Counted from the stretch's first letter, positions 18,871 to 30,099 are shown. The stretch is 64,000 nt of DNA from an uncultured Phycisphaerales bacterium (GCA_963772725.1 CAVYYI010000001.1:672001-736000); one strand, 5' to 3'. Numbers and translations are program-made. The notes: generated by a model not told the origin, from the letters alone.

Positions 18871-21800
18871 ATGCCAAGTAAATTTGACCCGGAAAACCCG
18901 TTTAAGGGCGAAAAAAAACATAAAAAAGAGGTTATTGACACCACAGGCGTTAAAGGCCTGAAAGTGCAGCAATTCTTCTCAACGGCAGGGGTACATCCTT
19001 TTGAACAGATAGAGTGGGAAAAGCGTTCCGCCAAGATTGCCGGCGACAGCGGCCAGGCGGTATTCGAGCAGGACGATGTCGAGGTTCCGGCCTCCTGGAG
19101 CCAGTTGGCGACAAAGGTTGTCGTGAGCAAGTATTTCTATGGCGATGTCGAGACCGGCCAGCGGGAGAATTCCGTCAAGCAGCTTGTCCACCGCGTCTGC
19201 CGGGCAATCGCCGACCGGGGCAAGAGGGATGGCTATTTTGCCACCGACGCCGATGCCGAGAATTTCTACAACGAACTGACGTGGCTGTGCGTCAATCAGT
19301 ACGGCTCGTTCAATTCGCCGGTGTGGTTCAATGTGGGCCTTTTTGATGTCTATGGCGTCGAAGGGCAGCAACATAATTTCCACTGGGACGCTGAACAGAA
19401 AAAGGCTGTCCCCTGCACAGGCAGCTACGAATATCCGCAGGCCTCGGCGTGCTTCATCCAGTCGGTCAAGGATACGATGGACGACATAATGCGTCTGGCG
19501 ACAAGCGAGGCGATGCTCTTCAAGCACGGCTCCGGCACCGGCACCGACCTTTCGACGCTTCGCAGCAGCAAGGAAAAACTTTCCGGCGGCGGCAAGCCCT
19601 CCGGCCCTTTGAGCTTTATGCGGGTCTATGACCAGATCGCGGCGGTTGTCAAATCCGGCGGCAAAACCCGCCGCGCGGCCAAAATGCAGTCGCTGAAAAT
19701 CGACCATCCCGACATCAAGGAATTCATCACCTGCAAGACGGAAGAAGAGAAAAAGGCCTGGGCCTTGATCGAAGCGGGCTATCACGGCGATTACAACAAC
19801 GAGGCCTACAACAGCGTGATGTTCCAGAACTCCAATCTTTCCGTGCGCGTCACCGATGAATTTATGGACGCCGTCGAAAAAGACGGCAAATGGACGACCC
19901 ATTCCGTAACAACCGGCAAGAAAGTCGAAGAACACCAGCCCGCGAGCTGATGGACTTGATCGCCGAAGGCACGCGCATCTGCGGCGACCCGGGCCTGCAG
20001 TATGACAGCACAATCAACCGCTGGCACACCTGCCCGAATTCCGGCCCGATCAACGCCTCGAATCCGTGCAGCGAATATATGTTCATCGACGATTCGGCCT
20101 GCAACCTGGCCTCGCTGAACCTGATGAAATTCCGCAAGGAAGACGGCACATTCGATGTCGAAGGCTTCAAAAAAGCGATCCGCCTCTTTATCATCGCGCA
20201 GGAAATTCTCGTCGATAACGGCAGCTACCCGGACGAGCCGATCACCGAGAACAGCCACAAATTCCGGCCGCTGGGGCTTGGCTATGCCAATCTCGGCGTC
20301 TTGATGATGAGCCTTGCCTTGCCGTACGATTCGGAACAGGCAAGGGCATGGGCGGCGGCGATCACGCGCGATTATGACCGGCACGGCCTATACGGTCAAG
20401 TGCCGAAATTGGCTCGCATCAAGGGGCCGTTCGATGAATTCAGCAAAAACGCCGAGCGCGATGCTCAAGGTCATCAATATGCACCGCGAGCACGCCTGCA
20501 ATATTTCCAGAATCGCAGTGCCCGGATTATCTCGTCAACGCCGCCAAGGATGTCTGGGATGAGGCGTTCGACGCGCGGCACGAAAACACGGCTTCCGCAA
20601 CGCCCAGGTCACGGTGCTTGCCCCGACCGGCACAATCGGCTTTATGATGGATTGCGATACAACCGGCATCGAGCCGGATATCGCGCTGGTGAAATATAAA
20701 CTCCTCGCCGGCGGCGGCATGCTCAAGATCGTCAACAAGACCGTGCCGATGGCGCTTGAGCGGCTCGGCTACAGCGCCGACGATATCAAAGCAATCTGCG
20801 ACGATATCGACAAGGATGAAACTATCGAAGGCGCTGAAAAGCTCAGCCCAGACCATCTGGCGGTATTTCGATTGTGCCTTCAAGCCGCGAAACGGCAAGA
20901 CGATGCATTCATTATATGGCGCATCTGAAAATGATGGCGGCCGTTCAGCCGTTCATTTCCGGCGCGATCAGCAAGACCATCAATATGCCCAAGGAAAGCA
21001 CGGCCGAAGAAATCGATGTCGGCCTATATGGAAGGCTGGAAGCTGGGCCTAAAGGCCGTGGCGATTTACCGCGACGGCTCCAAGCGACTCCAGCCCGTGC
21101 AGACCAAAAAGCACAAAGACGACAAAGAACAAGAGGCCAACTGAGCAGGCGTCGCACCGGCAAGACCGTTCAGACGCAGGCTTGCCGAGACGCGGCACAG
21201 CATTACGCACAAATTTTCCGTCGCGGGACACGAAGGGTATCTGACGGTGGGGTTGTATGAGGATGGCCAGCCTGGTGAGTTGTTTATCACTATGGCCAAG
21301 GAGGGCAGCACCGTCGGCGGCCTGATGGATGTCATCGGCACCTGCACGTCGATGGCGCTGCAGTATGGCGTGCCGCTGATTACGCTGGTCGATAAATTCC
21401 GCCACGCCCGTTTCGAGCCTGCCGGCATGACCTCCAACAAGGATATTCCGTTCGCCAAAAGTCTCATCGACTATATCTTCTGCTGGATGGGCTGCCAGTT
21501 CATACCCGGCTACGCCGAAAAGAATACACCCAACCGCGACACTGCTGCCGGCGGAAAATAAAAATACGACAACCGCAAAGCAGCTTGTCGAAAAGACAAA
21601 GGATCTGGCCCAGAAAATCGCCGAAGTTAAAGCCGAGGTAAAAAACAAAATAAGGAAACCCCACGACAAACATAGTTCCGAAGAGCCGGATGAATCCGTG
21701 GTGAAATCTTCCGCGATTTTGACAAACAGGTTTTCTAGTGTTGCTGACCGGATAAAAGAGGTGGTAGGCTCGGCGGTCGCGGAGGCCTCGGAAGTTTTGC

Positions 21801-21952
21801 AGAATGACGGTGCGGTTATGCAGCAGTTTAACGTCCAGTTCAAGCATTTTCAGGATGATGCGCCTGTGTGCGATATTTGCGGCTCGATAACCGTTCGCAA
21901 TGGCACATGTTACAGGTGTTATAACTGCGGAAACTCAATGGGCTGCTCATAA
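18871..21952 (+). CDS. nrdJ: Class II (B12-dependent) ribonucleotide reductase with C-terminal TSCPD/Zn-ribbon region (multiple frameshifts)
   Basis: [51 protein letters not shown]-terminal CDICG...CYNCG. Confidence 0.93.
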
Positions 21953-22015
21953 GTGATTAGCAGCGGCAAAACATTTGGCAGTAAGATAAATTTTCAATTC
22001 TGGCAAAAATAAGAT

Positions 22016-22043
22016 TTGACAGTTCAGAAAAATCCGCTAAAAT
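22016..22043 (+). promoter_or_regulatory. sigma70-type promoter of rplM-rpsI
   Basis: TTGACA (22016-22021), 16 nt, TAAAAT (22038-22043). Confidence 0.65.
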
Positions 22044-22080
22044 ACTTGTTTTTCTTAATATAAGAAACCGGAGTTTGTGT

Positions 22081-22512
22081 ATGAAGACGTTTATGCCGAA
22101 AAAAGGGCAATTTGAACAAAAATGGGTACTTGTGGATGCGCAGGATGCGGCTCTTGGCCGTCTTGCGGCAAAAGTCGCGACTATTTTGATGGGTAAAAAC
22201 AAGGTTACATATACGCCCAGCGTCGATGTCGGCGATTACGTTGTGATTGTAAACGCTGAAAAGGTGAAGATTAGCGGCAGAAAGGCCGAGCAGAAGGAAT
22301 ACGATTATTATACGTATTACCCCGGCGGTCACAAGTACATCAGCTTTGCGGAAATGATGGCGAAGAAGCCTGAGAAAGTTATTGAATTGGCCGTCAGGCG
22401 GATGCTGCCGAAGAACAAGACCGGCAGAAACCTGCTGACCAAGATGAAAGTTTACCGCGGTGCTGAACATGAACATCAGGCACAGAAACCAGAAAAGATA
22501 CAATTGTTTTGA
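22081..22512 (+). CDS. rplM: 50S ribosomal protein L13
   Basis: WVLVDA, LGRLAAKVA, GDYVVIVNAEK, AVRRMLPKN. Confidence 0.97.
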   Translation: MKTFMPKKGQFEQKWVLVDAQDAALGRLAAKVATILMGKNKVTYTPSVDVGDYVVIVNAEKVKISGRKAEQKEYDYYTYYPGGHKYISFAEMMAKKPEKVIELAVRRMLPKNKTGRNLLTKMKVYRGAEHEHQAQKPEKIQLF

Positions 22513-22527
22513 GAAAGATTTTAGATT

Positions 22528-23019
22528 ATGGCAGAGATCAAAACCGATAGTCCCGTTAATACCTTAAATATTACCTCGCCGGTGCAGACGCCTCAAACCT
22601 CGGCGGCACCAGCCAGAAAAGAGCCTGATAAGGGCGGCTTCTTCTGGGGTACCGGTCGAAGAAAAAGTTCCGTGGCCCGCGTACGAATCAAACCAGGTGA
22701 AGGCAAGATGCTCGTAAATAAAAAAGAGTTGGATAAATATTTCGCCAGGGAGCAGGACAGAAGGGCGGTTGTGGCGCCTCTGAAAACAATCAACAGCGAA
22801 AAAGCGTTCGATATTTTCATTAATGTAAAAGGCGGCGGCCCTACGGGGCAGTCTGGCGCGGCGATGCTTGGAATCGCAAGGGCATTGAGAAACTATGACC
22901 CGAGCCTTATTTCTACGCTGCGTGACGGCGGTTATCTTACGCGTGACGGCAGAATGGTTGAACGAAAGAAACCCGGGCAGTCCGGAGCGAGAAGACGATA
23001 CCAGTTCTCCAAGCGTTAA
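22528..23019 (+). CDS. rpsI: 30S ribosomal protein S9 with N-terminal extension
   Basis: GTGRRKSSVARV, GGGPTGQ, ERKKPG..ARRRYQFSKR. Confidence 0.97.
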   Translation: MAEIKTDSPVNTLNITSPVQTPQTSAAPARKEPDKGGFFWGTGRRKSSVARVRIKPGEGKMLVNKKELDKYFAREQDRRAVVAPLKTINSEKAFDIFINVKGGGPTGQSGAAMLGIARALRNYDPSLISTLRDGGYLTRDGRMVERKKPGQSGARRRYQFSKR

Positions 23020-23043
23020 TTTACAGATTTTTTTTGTTATTAC

Positions 23044-23079
23044 AATAGCCGCGAGGAGCTTATCTTAGCGGCTATTTTT
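23044..23079 (+). terminator. Rho-independent terminator after rpsI
   Basis: AATAGCCGC...GCGGCTATT stem running into a T tract. Confidence 0.7.
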
Positions 23080-23100
23080 CTATATCAATAGGAGAAAAAT

Positions 23101-24110
23101 ATGATACGTGTTGCAATTATTGGTGCCAGCGGCTATACCGGCGCGGAAGCGATACGGATTATTCTGCGTCATGGCAAGGCGAAGCTTACTTATCTGACGG
23201 CGCTGCCGGAAGAATGCGGAATGGTTGCTGAGGTTTTTCCGCAGTTTAAGGGCAGATGTGATTTACAAATTGAGCCGCTCGATTTGAATAAGCTGACTGG
23301 TTTAGCGGATGTAACGCTATGTTGTCTGCCGCATAAAGTTTCCATGAGCCTTGTGCCGAAACTTCTCGATGCGGGTGTCAAGGTCATAGATTTCAGCGCA
23401 GACTATCGCATAAAAGACGCTGCAATTTATGAGAAATTTTATCAGGTAAAGCATACCGACACAGCCAATCTCAAAAAGGCTGTTTATGGCCTGCCGGAAT
23501 TGTTTCGCGAAAAAATAAAACAAAGCAGTCTCATTGCCAATCCAGGCTGTTTTCCAACTGGATTGCTGCTGGCGATTGCGCCGTTGCTGAAGGAAAAGCT
23601 GATTGAGACGGATTTGATTATCAATAACGCGGTAACCGGCTCATCTGGCGCGGGAAAAATCCGTCGGTCAAATTTCATTTTCCAAATATGAATGAAAATA
23701 TATTTGCTTACGGTATAGGTTCGCATCGCCATACACCTGAGATGGAGCAGATTGCCGGAGATATTGCCGGCGGCGAGGTTAAGGTTCTGTTTCAGCCCCA
23801 CGTTGGCGCTTTCGACAGAGGAATACTTTCGAGCGTTTATTGCAAGCCGACAGGAAAAATCAGTGCTGAGCAGTTAGCGTCACTGTATAACGACTTCTAT
23901 CGCGATGAACCTTTTGTGCAGGTCTGCAAAAGTTCACCGGCGCTGAAAGATATAGCCGGAACAAACTATTGTCACGTATTTCCAACGCTTTCGAAGGGTA
24001 TGATAGTCTGTTTTTCGACAATCGATAATCTTGTAAAAGGCGCATCGGGTCAGGCGATTCAGAATATGAATATTATTTTCGGCTTAGATGAAACACTGGG
24101 ACTTGAATAA
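23101..24110 (+). CDS. argC: N-acetyl-gamma-glutamyl-phosphate reductase (frameshift near 23660)
   Basis: IIGASGYTG, IANPGCFPT, HRHTPEM, DNLVKGASGQAIQNMN. Confidence 0.95.
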
Positions 24111-24168
24111 TTGCCACAGAGAAGAAAATAATTTTTTAGCCACAGAGAGCACAGAGGACACAGAGAAA
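24111..24168 (+). repeat. Left inverted-repeat arm flanking the FRG gene
   Basis: TTGCCACAGAGAA..TTTTAGCCACAGAGAGCACAGAGGACACAGAG, starting right after the argC stop. Confidence 0.85.
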
Positions 24169-24199
24169 AACATATTTTAATTGCAAAGAAAATAATACG

Positions 24200-24976
24200 A
24201 TGGAAGAGCAAATACTTAAATCTTGGGAAGAATTTGAAGAAAAAATAGTAGAGATAAATGAGCGGGCCAAAGAACTGCAACGAGAAAATAAACTAAGCCG
24301 TGTAGAATGTCCGCTCTTTAGGGGACACAGTGACTCGGAATGGCATTTGGAACCAACCCTCGACAGGATTCAAAAGGAAATGAGTTGCTCTCGTTATCTC
24401 CACACAATAAAAATTATTCGTGAACATGTTGCGACCTGTACTGGCAAGAAATGGGATATGGAAACACAGGAGCAAATGATAGACCTCGGAGAGCTTCGTC
24501 TGCCGTTATCGACCTATGAATTCATGGCATACTTAAGGCACAATGGATTCCCAAGTCCTTTAATAGACTGGACGCAATCCCCGTATATAGCTGTTTTTTT
24601 TGCTTTTGGAGATATATATTCTAAAGCAGACCATGTTTCGATTTTTGTATATAGGGGGGATAGTATGTGCGGAGGAAGCCCATCTATGTGGGTTCTGGGT
24701 CCTTCGATAAAAACCTTCCACACACACTTCCTACAACAGAGTGAGTATTCAATTTGTTATAGAAAAGAAGGGGAGGAGATTTATTTTGCCAATCATGAAG
24801 AATTCGAAGAGGATGTTGAAGACCGTGGGGTTTTGATTAAATATGACATCCCTGCGTCAGAGCGGCAAAAAGTGCTTAGGAAATTAGACTCAATGAATAT
24901 TACGGCGTACTCGCTATTCGGTTCGGAACCGAGTCTTATGGAGACATTGGCTTTGCGTGAAATTTATTTTGAATAG
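24200..24976 (+). CDS. FRG domain-containing protein
   Basis: LFRGHSDSEWHLEPTLDR and LRHNGFPSPLIDWTQSPYIAVFFA. Confidence 0.88.
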   Translation: MEEQILKSWEEFEEKIVEINERAKELQRENKLSRVECPLFRGHSDSEWHLEPTLDRIQKEMSCSRYLHTIKIIREHVATCTGKKWDMETQEQMIDLGELRLPLSTYEFMAYLRHNGFPSPLIDWTQSPYIAVFFAFGDIYSKADHVSIFVYRGDSMCGGSPSMWVLGPSIKTFHTHFLQQSEYSICYRKEGEEIYFANHEEFEEDVEDRGVLIKYDIPASERQKVLRKLDSMNITAYSLFGSEPSLMETLALREIYFE

Positions 24977-25001
24977 AGATTCGATAATATTGATAGAGAT
25001 A

Positions 25002-25062
25002 TTTACTCTGTGTGCTCTGTGACCTCTGTGGCTAAAAAAAAGTTGGTTGTTCTCTGTGGCAA
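25002..25062 (-). repeat. Right inverted-repeat arm flanking the FRG gene
   Basis: Reverse complement TTGCCACAGAGAA..TTTTAGCCACAGAGGTCACAGAGCACACAGAG mirrors the left arm. Confidence 0.85.
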
Positions 25063-25105
25063 AAAAGTTATGCTCTGCGGCTTAAAATAAAAAAAGGAAA
25101 GCTTT

Positions 25106-25957
25106 GTGGCTAAAGGTTGTTTGAAAATTACAACGTGCCAGTTTGCGGTAAGCAAATCGATAAAGCGGAACGCTCGACAAATCAATAATCTTATGCAAAA
25201 AGCTGCGCAAGGCGGGGCGGATGTTGTGCATTTTCCTGAATCAGCTCTTAGTGGTTACGTAGGGACGGATTTTGCGTCGTTTGATGGATTTGACTGGCCT
25301 CTGCTCAGAAAAGAAACAGAAAAGATAATGGCACTTGCTGCCAAACTTAAACTGTGGCTTGTGCTCGGCAGTACCCATCCTTTGACCGAGCCCAATAAAC
25401 CACACAACAGTCTGTATCTGATAAATCCTGATGGCCAGATTGCCGACCGTTATGACAAACGATTCTGTACAAAAGCGGATTTGCGGCGTTTTACGCCGGG
25501 CGACAGGTTTGCGAATTTTACTATTAATGGTGTGAAGTGTTCTCTGCTGATATGTTTCGATTTGCGGTTTCCGGAGATTTACAGAGCGTTGTATAAAGAT
25601 GGCGTCAAATGTGTTTTTCAGTCTTTTTATAATGCTCGTCAGAGCGGTCCGAGTGTTCACAGTTATATTATGCGTCAGACGATGCAGTCGCACGCTGCCA
25701 CCAACAATTTCTGGGTAAGCATGTCGAACGCGAGCGGCTGGTATGCACCGTATCCATCGTGTTTTATTCAGCCGGACGGCAGGATTGTAAAACAGCTTAC
25801 ACCGAATCATGCCGGTGTGATGGTTAATACAGTTGACCTGAGTCTGAAATTTTACGACCCATCAGAGGAATTCAGAGACCTTGCGGTAAAAGGTATTCTT
25901 ACCAATGGCTCGAAAAGGATTAACGACCCGAGGTCGAAAAATATAACAAGTCTTTAG
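25106..25957 (+). CDS. Carbon-nitrogen hydrolase (nitrilase superfamily)
   Basis: Glu-Lys-Cys triad motifs FPES, YDKR, ICFDLRFPE. Confidence 0.9.
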   Translation: MAKGCLKITTCQFAVSKSIKRNARQINNLMQKAAQGGADVVHFPESALSGYVGTDFASFDGFDWPLLRKETEKIMALAAKLKLWLVLGSTHPLTEPNKPHNSLYLINPDGQIADRYDKRFCTKADLRRFTPGDRFANFTINGVKCSLLICFDLRFPEIYRALYKDGVKCVFQSFYNARQSGPSVHSYIMRQTMQSHAATNNFWVSMSNASGWYAPYPSCFIQPDGRIVKQLTPNHAGVMVNTVDLSLKFYDPSEEFRDLAVKGILTNGSKRINDPRSKNITSL

Positions 25958-25971
25958 AAGGATTTTTAACG

Positions 25972-27173
25972 ATGGAAAATATTACTATAACTGCACCGAA
26001 AGGTTTTTTAGCTGCGGGGGTTGCCTGCGGTCTGAAGGCGTCAGGTAAATCTGACCTTGGTCTTATTGTGTGTCCAACAGGCGCAAAGGCGGCAGCAGTT
26101 TTTACAACCAATAAGATAGTTTCAGCGGCGGTAACGGTAAGCAAACAGCATATAAAAAGTCCGACCATATCAGCGGTGGTAGTAAATTCAGGCAACGCCA
26201 ATACGTGTACGGGCTGGCCTGGAATAAAAAATGCGATGCGAATGTGTTCGGAAACGGCTGAACATATAGAGACATCATCTTTTGAAGTTCTTGTGGCTTC
26301 GACGGGGATAATCGGGCATCAACTGCCGATACAGAAAGTTATCGCGGGAATAGCTGATGCCTCGGAAAAACTGTCCGCTTCGGTACAGGCAGGTGATAAT
26401 TTTGCTCATGCGATAATGACCACAGATACAAAATGCAAACAGGCTTTCGCGGAGGTTAAAATCAGCGGCGTCAAAGTTACAATAGCGGGAACTGTAAAAG
26501 GGGCAGGAATGATAGGGCCGAATATGGCCACAACGCTTTGCTTTATTACTACTGACGCTGCGATAAGTAAGCCGCTGCTTGCTCAGGGTCTAAAGGCTGC
26601 TATCAGTAATTCACTGAATAAACTTACTGTAGATATTCATCAAAGCACAAATGATACGGCGGTCATTCTCGCCTCGGGGCTTGCGGGCAATCGCCTTATA
26701 AAAAACAGCGGCGCGGATTATAAAAAATTCGCGAAAGCCCTGACCTGTTTGTGCGATGACCTTGCCGTACAAATGGCTCTCGATGCGGAAGGCGCGACAC
26801 GGATGTTCAAGGTTGTTATTAAAGGCGCCGCTACAAAAGCAGACGCCAGAACTGCTTCGAGGGCGGTCGCGGATTATCCGCTGGTCAAATGCGCGATTAA
26901 TGGCGGCGACCCTAACTGGGGCAGGATTATTTGTGCCGTAGGATCGGTTGACGTGAAACTCAATCTTAGCCGGCTTACCTGTAAAATAGGCGATATAACG
27001 GTTTTTAAAAATGGTGCGCCTAAACATTTTGACGCGAAAAAGGCCAGTCGAATTATTACACAGTCTTCGCATACTATAACAGTTGACCTTGTGCGGGAGC
27101 GTACAGCGATTTTTGTTATGGCTGCGACCTGAGCAAAGAATATGTAACAATCAATGCGGATTATCACACATAA
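25972..27173 (+). CDS. argJ: Bifunctional ornithine acetyltransferase (frameshift near 27090)
   Basis: VNSGNAN, STGIIG, IMTTDT, KGAGMIGPNMATTL, STNDT; end CDLSKEYVTINADYHT in another frame. Confidence 0.95.
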
Positions 27174-27284
27174 GAAGTACGAAGTCCAAAACATAGAATT
27201 TGACATAACAGTATAATATAGATAATCTATGGGTGCGGTCGTACCGGATGTCTCGTTTTTTTATTGATTTGATAAGGATTTAAT

Positions 27285-27641
27285 TTGACGAAAAAACAAA
27301 ATGCAAATATGGAGAAATTCGCTCTTGATGCCGTGAAAGTGGCGTTGGAGCGGCATTGCACGGATATAATTGTTCTTGACCTGCGTGGGAAATCGCCCGC
27401 TACAGATTATTTTGTTATCGCTACTGGAACCAGCAACAGGCAGATGCGTACCGTCGCTGATGAAATAAACGATATCGCAAAGGAGCAGGGTATTTCCCTT
27501 TTCGGCCTGGCGGGTTATGAGCAGGCAAAATGGATTTTGCTCGATTATGTAGATGTTGTGGTTCACATCTTTGATACGCAGTTTCGGGAATATTACGATT
27601 TGGAACTGCTCTGGGGCGACGCAAAGAGATTAAAAGTTTAA
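27285..27641 (+). CDS. rsfS: Ribosome silencing factor
   Basis: DYFVIATG, WILLDYVDVVVHIF, REYYDLELLW. Confidence 0.93.
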   Translation: MTKKQNANMEKFALDAVKVALERHCTDIIVLDLRGKSPATDYFVIATGTSNRQMRTVADEINDIAKEQGISLFGLAGYEQAKWILLDYVDVVVHIFDTQFREYYDLELLWGDAKRLKV

Positions 27642-27717
27642 AATTAAAAACTGTGGAATCTTGCCGGAGAAAAAAATATTTAGTCGCTCTGTGGCTGATT
27701 TTTTTTAGGATGATAGG

Positions 27718-29484
27718 ATGAGACCTGTTATAGACATACTCGAAGAGAAAATCAGTGCCGCGATGGCGGCGGTTACGGGGCAGGCGAACTGCGGTGCTGT
27801 TGTAAGACAATCCACCGACCCGCGATTTGGCGATTATCAGGCTAATGGTATTATGCCTTTGGCTAAGCAGCTTAAAACAAATCCGCGTAAACTTGCTGAA
27901 GAAGTCGTGAAAAAAGTAAACCTCGCTGACATCTGTCAGCCTTTAGAAATTGCGGGGCCGGGCTTTATAAATTTAAGATTAAAACCAGACTTCATTGGGC
28001 AGATGCTCCTTGAGATAAACAGCGACCTTGACAGGTTAGGCATAGATAAGGTAAACAATCCCAAAACAATGGTGGTGGATTTTTCCGGCCCGAATATCGC
28101 AAAGCAGATGCATGTCGGGCATTTGCGCAGTACCATTATCGGCGATTGTATCTGCAGGATGCTCAAATTTCAAGGGCATAAGGTTATCCGCCAAAATCAT
28201 ATCGGCGACTGGGGAACGCAGTTTGGGATGCTGATAGCGTATCTTCGCAAAGAGAATCCGGAAGTGCTTGAAAATCCGGATTCGGCCGCGATTGAAGATT
28301 TGGAACAATTTTATAGAAATGCCAAAATGGCGTGCGACAACGATTCACAGTTTGCCGATGAGGCTCGCAAAGAGGTTATCAATCTGCATACGGGCAATGA
28401 AAACACGTTGAAAATATGGCGACATATTGTTGATGAATCGCGAAGGCATTATCAGCCGATTTATGATTGTCTTGGTGTTAATTTACACAAAGATAATGAA
28501 AGGGGGGAAAGTTTTTATAAAGATAAATTGGCGGGTGTGGTTGGAGATTTGAAAAAGCAGGGTTTGGCTGTGGAGTCTGATGGTGCAATATGTGTTTTTC
28601 CGCCCGGCTTCAAAGATAAAGACGACAAACCTTTGCCTTTTATTATTCGTAAGTCCGATGGTGCCTTCCTTTACGCCACCACCGATTTAGCGGCGATTCG
28701 ATATCGGGTCAGTGAATTAAAGTCGGACAGAATAATATATGTTACTGATGCGAGACAGAGACTGCATTTTGAGATGGTCTTTGCCGTAGCGAGAATGGCC
28801 GGCTGGACAAAGCCTGAAACCGAACTTATTCATGTTATGTTCGGCAGTGTGCAGGGCGAAGACGGCAAACCTCTTAAAACTCGGTCAGGTGAAAATGTAA
28901 AACTGAAGGATTTGCTCGATGAGGCTGTCCAGAGGGCAAAGTCGGTAGTGCAGGAGAAAAACGCGGATTTGCCGGAAAGCGAAAAAGAGCAAATCGCCAA
29001 GGCTGTTGGAATCGGTGCTGTAAAATATGCTGATTATTCCAACAACCGCACAAGCGATTACATTTTCAGCTTCGACAAAATGCTGGCGATGGAAGGTAAC
29101 ACCGCTCCATATATGCAATACGCGTACGCTCGAATAAAATCAATCGAGCGTAAATCAGAGACCAAAGGTGTGGATATAAAGGCTGAACTTGCCGATTTGA
29201 AAAATTTGATTCTTACTGAGCCTGCTGAACTGGATTTGGCAAAGCATTTGATTCGCTACGGCCAGATAATTGAGGTCGCTGTTGACGATTACCGTCCGAA
29301 CTATTTGACGAGTTATCTTTATGAATTGGCTCAGAAGTTCAGTGCATTTTATACTAATTGTCCGGTTTTAATTGCCGAACCGACTAAGCGGCCGACAAGG
29401 CTGCTGCTTTGCGATTTAACCGCTGGAACAATCAGGCACGGCTTGCGTGAACTCCTCGGCATTGATGTTGTCGAGCAGATGTGA
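27718..29484 (+). CDS. argS: Arginine-tRNA ligase
   Basis: VDFSGPNIAKQMHVGHLRS, GDWGTQFG, KTRSG, GNTAPYMQY. Confidence 0.97.
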   Translation: MRPVIDILEEKISAAMAAVTGQANCGAVVRQSTDPRFGDYQANGIMPLAKQLKTNPRKLAEEVVKKVNLADICQPLEIAGPGFINLRLKPDFIGQMLLEINSDLDRLGIDKVNNPKTMVVDFSGPNIAKQMHVGHLRSTIIGDCICRMLKFQGHKVIRQNHIGDWGTQFGMLIAYLRKENPEVLENPDSAAIEDLEQFYRNAKMACDNDSQFADEARKEVINLHTGNENTLKIWRHIVDESRRHYQPIYDCLGVNLHKDNERGESFYKDKLAGVVGDLKKQGLAVESDGAICVFPPGFKDKDDKPLPFIIRKSDGAFLYATTDLAAIRYRVSELKSDRIIYVTDARQRLHFEMVFAVARMAGWTKPETELIHVMFGSVQGEDGKPLKTRSGENVKLKDLLDEAVQRAKSVVQEKNADLPESEKEQIAKAVGIGAVKYADYSNNRTSDYIFSFDKMLAMEGNTAPYMQYAYARIKSIERKSETKGVDIKAELADLKNLILTEPAELDLAKHLIRYGQIIEVAVDDYRPNYLTSYLYELAQKFSAFYTNCPVLIAEPTKRPTRLLLCDLTAGTIRHGLRELLGIDVVEQM

Positions 29485-29493
29485 GGTGCGATT

Positions 29494-29904
29494 ATGAAAA
29501 TAGCAGATACAAGTTTTAATATAAACAGTAAAGAGCGTAACCAGATGATTGACATAACCAATTGCGTTCGCTCGGCGGTTGAAGAATCGGGGATAGTCAA
29601 TGGCGATGTGATAGTTTATTGTCCGCACACAACCGCCGCAATTACGATAAATGAAAACGCTGACCCTGATGTTCCGCATGATATACTTTTGACCCTTGAA
29701 GAGCTTGTGCCGCATCATAATTCACAATATCGGCATTGTGAGGGAAACTCGGACGCTCACTGCAAAAGCTCGCTCATCGGATGCAGCAGGCAAATCATTA
29801 TAAAAAACAAATCGCTAAATCTCGGTACATGGCAGGACATTTTTTTCTGTGAGTTTGATGGTCCGAGAAACCGCAAGGTGATTCTTCAGATTCGCGGAGA
29901 GTAA
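29494..29904 (+). CDS. yjbQ: YjbQ/UPF0047 family protein
   Basis: HTTAAITINE, NSDAH, LGTWQ, EFDGPR. Confidence 0.88.
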   Translation: MKIADTSFNINSKERNQMIDITNCVRSAVEESGIVNGDVIVYCPHTTAAITINENADPDVPHDILLTLEELVPHHNSQYRHCEGNSDAHCKSSLIGCSRQIIIKNKSLNLGTWQDIFFCEFDGPRNRKVILQIRGE

Positions 29905-29954
29905 AAATAATCCGCAAAATTATCCCCCGTTATTCCAACAGAAAAACTGTGCGC

Positions 29955-30066
29955 AAAAATAAGGCGAGGTGGTGGTACCAGCTGGGGGGGAAACTGGTGT
30001 GCCACGCTGCCTCGCCGAGGATTAAAATCTGCTTCAAAAAGCAGCTTAATTTTTATATAATTACTC
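29955..30066 (-). ncRNA. Candidate small RNA with a C-rich loop
   Basis: Upstream promoter, no ORF, two hairpins, terminal U-rich tract. Confidence 0.55.
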
Positions 30067-30071
30067 GCAGG

Positions 30072-30099
30072 ATTCTAACATACTTAAAGTGGCTGTCAA
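30072..30099 (-). promoter_or_regulatory. sigma70-type promoter with extended -10 driving the candidate sRNA
   Basis: Minus strand TTGACA, 16 nt ending in TGT, then TAGAAT. Confidence 0.65.

Noticed and set aside
18979..20013. Long antisense ORFs over nrdJ and other genes
   Set aside because: Shadow ORFs from codon bias on the coding strand; no recognisable motifs
18871..21952. Intein or intron in nrdJ or polA
   Set aside because: Lengths fit uninterrupted enzymes and no splicing or homing endonuclease motifs were seen
29963..30016. Long hairpin as SRP RNA or tRNA
   Set aside because: No SRP GNRA loop with CAGG/AGCA internal loop; no cloverleaf or T-loop
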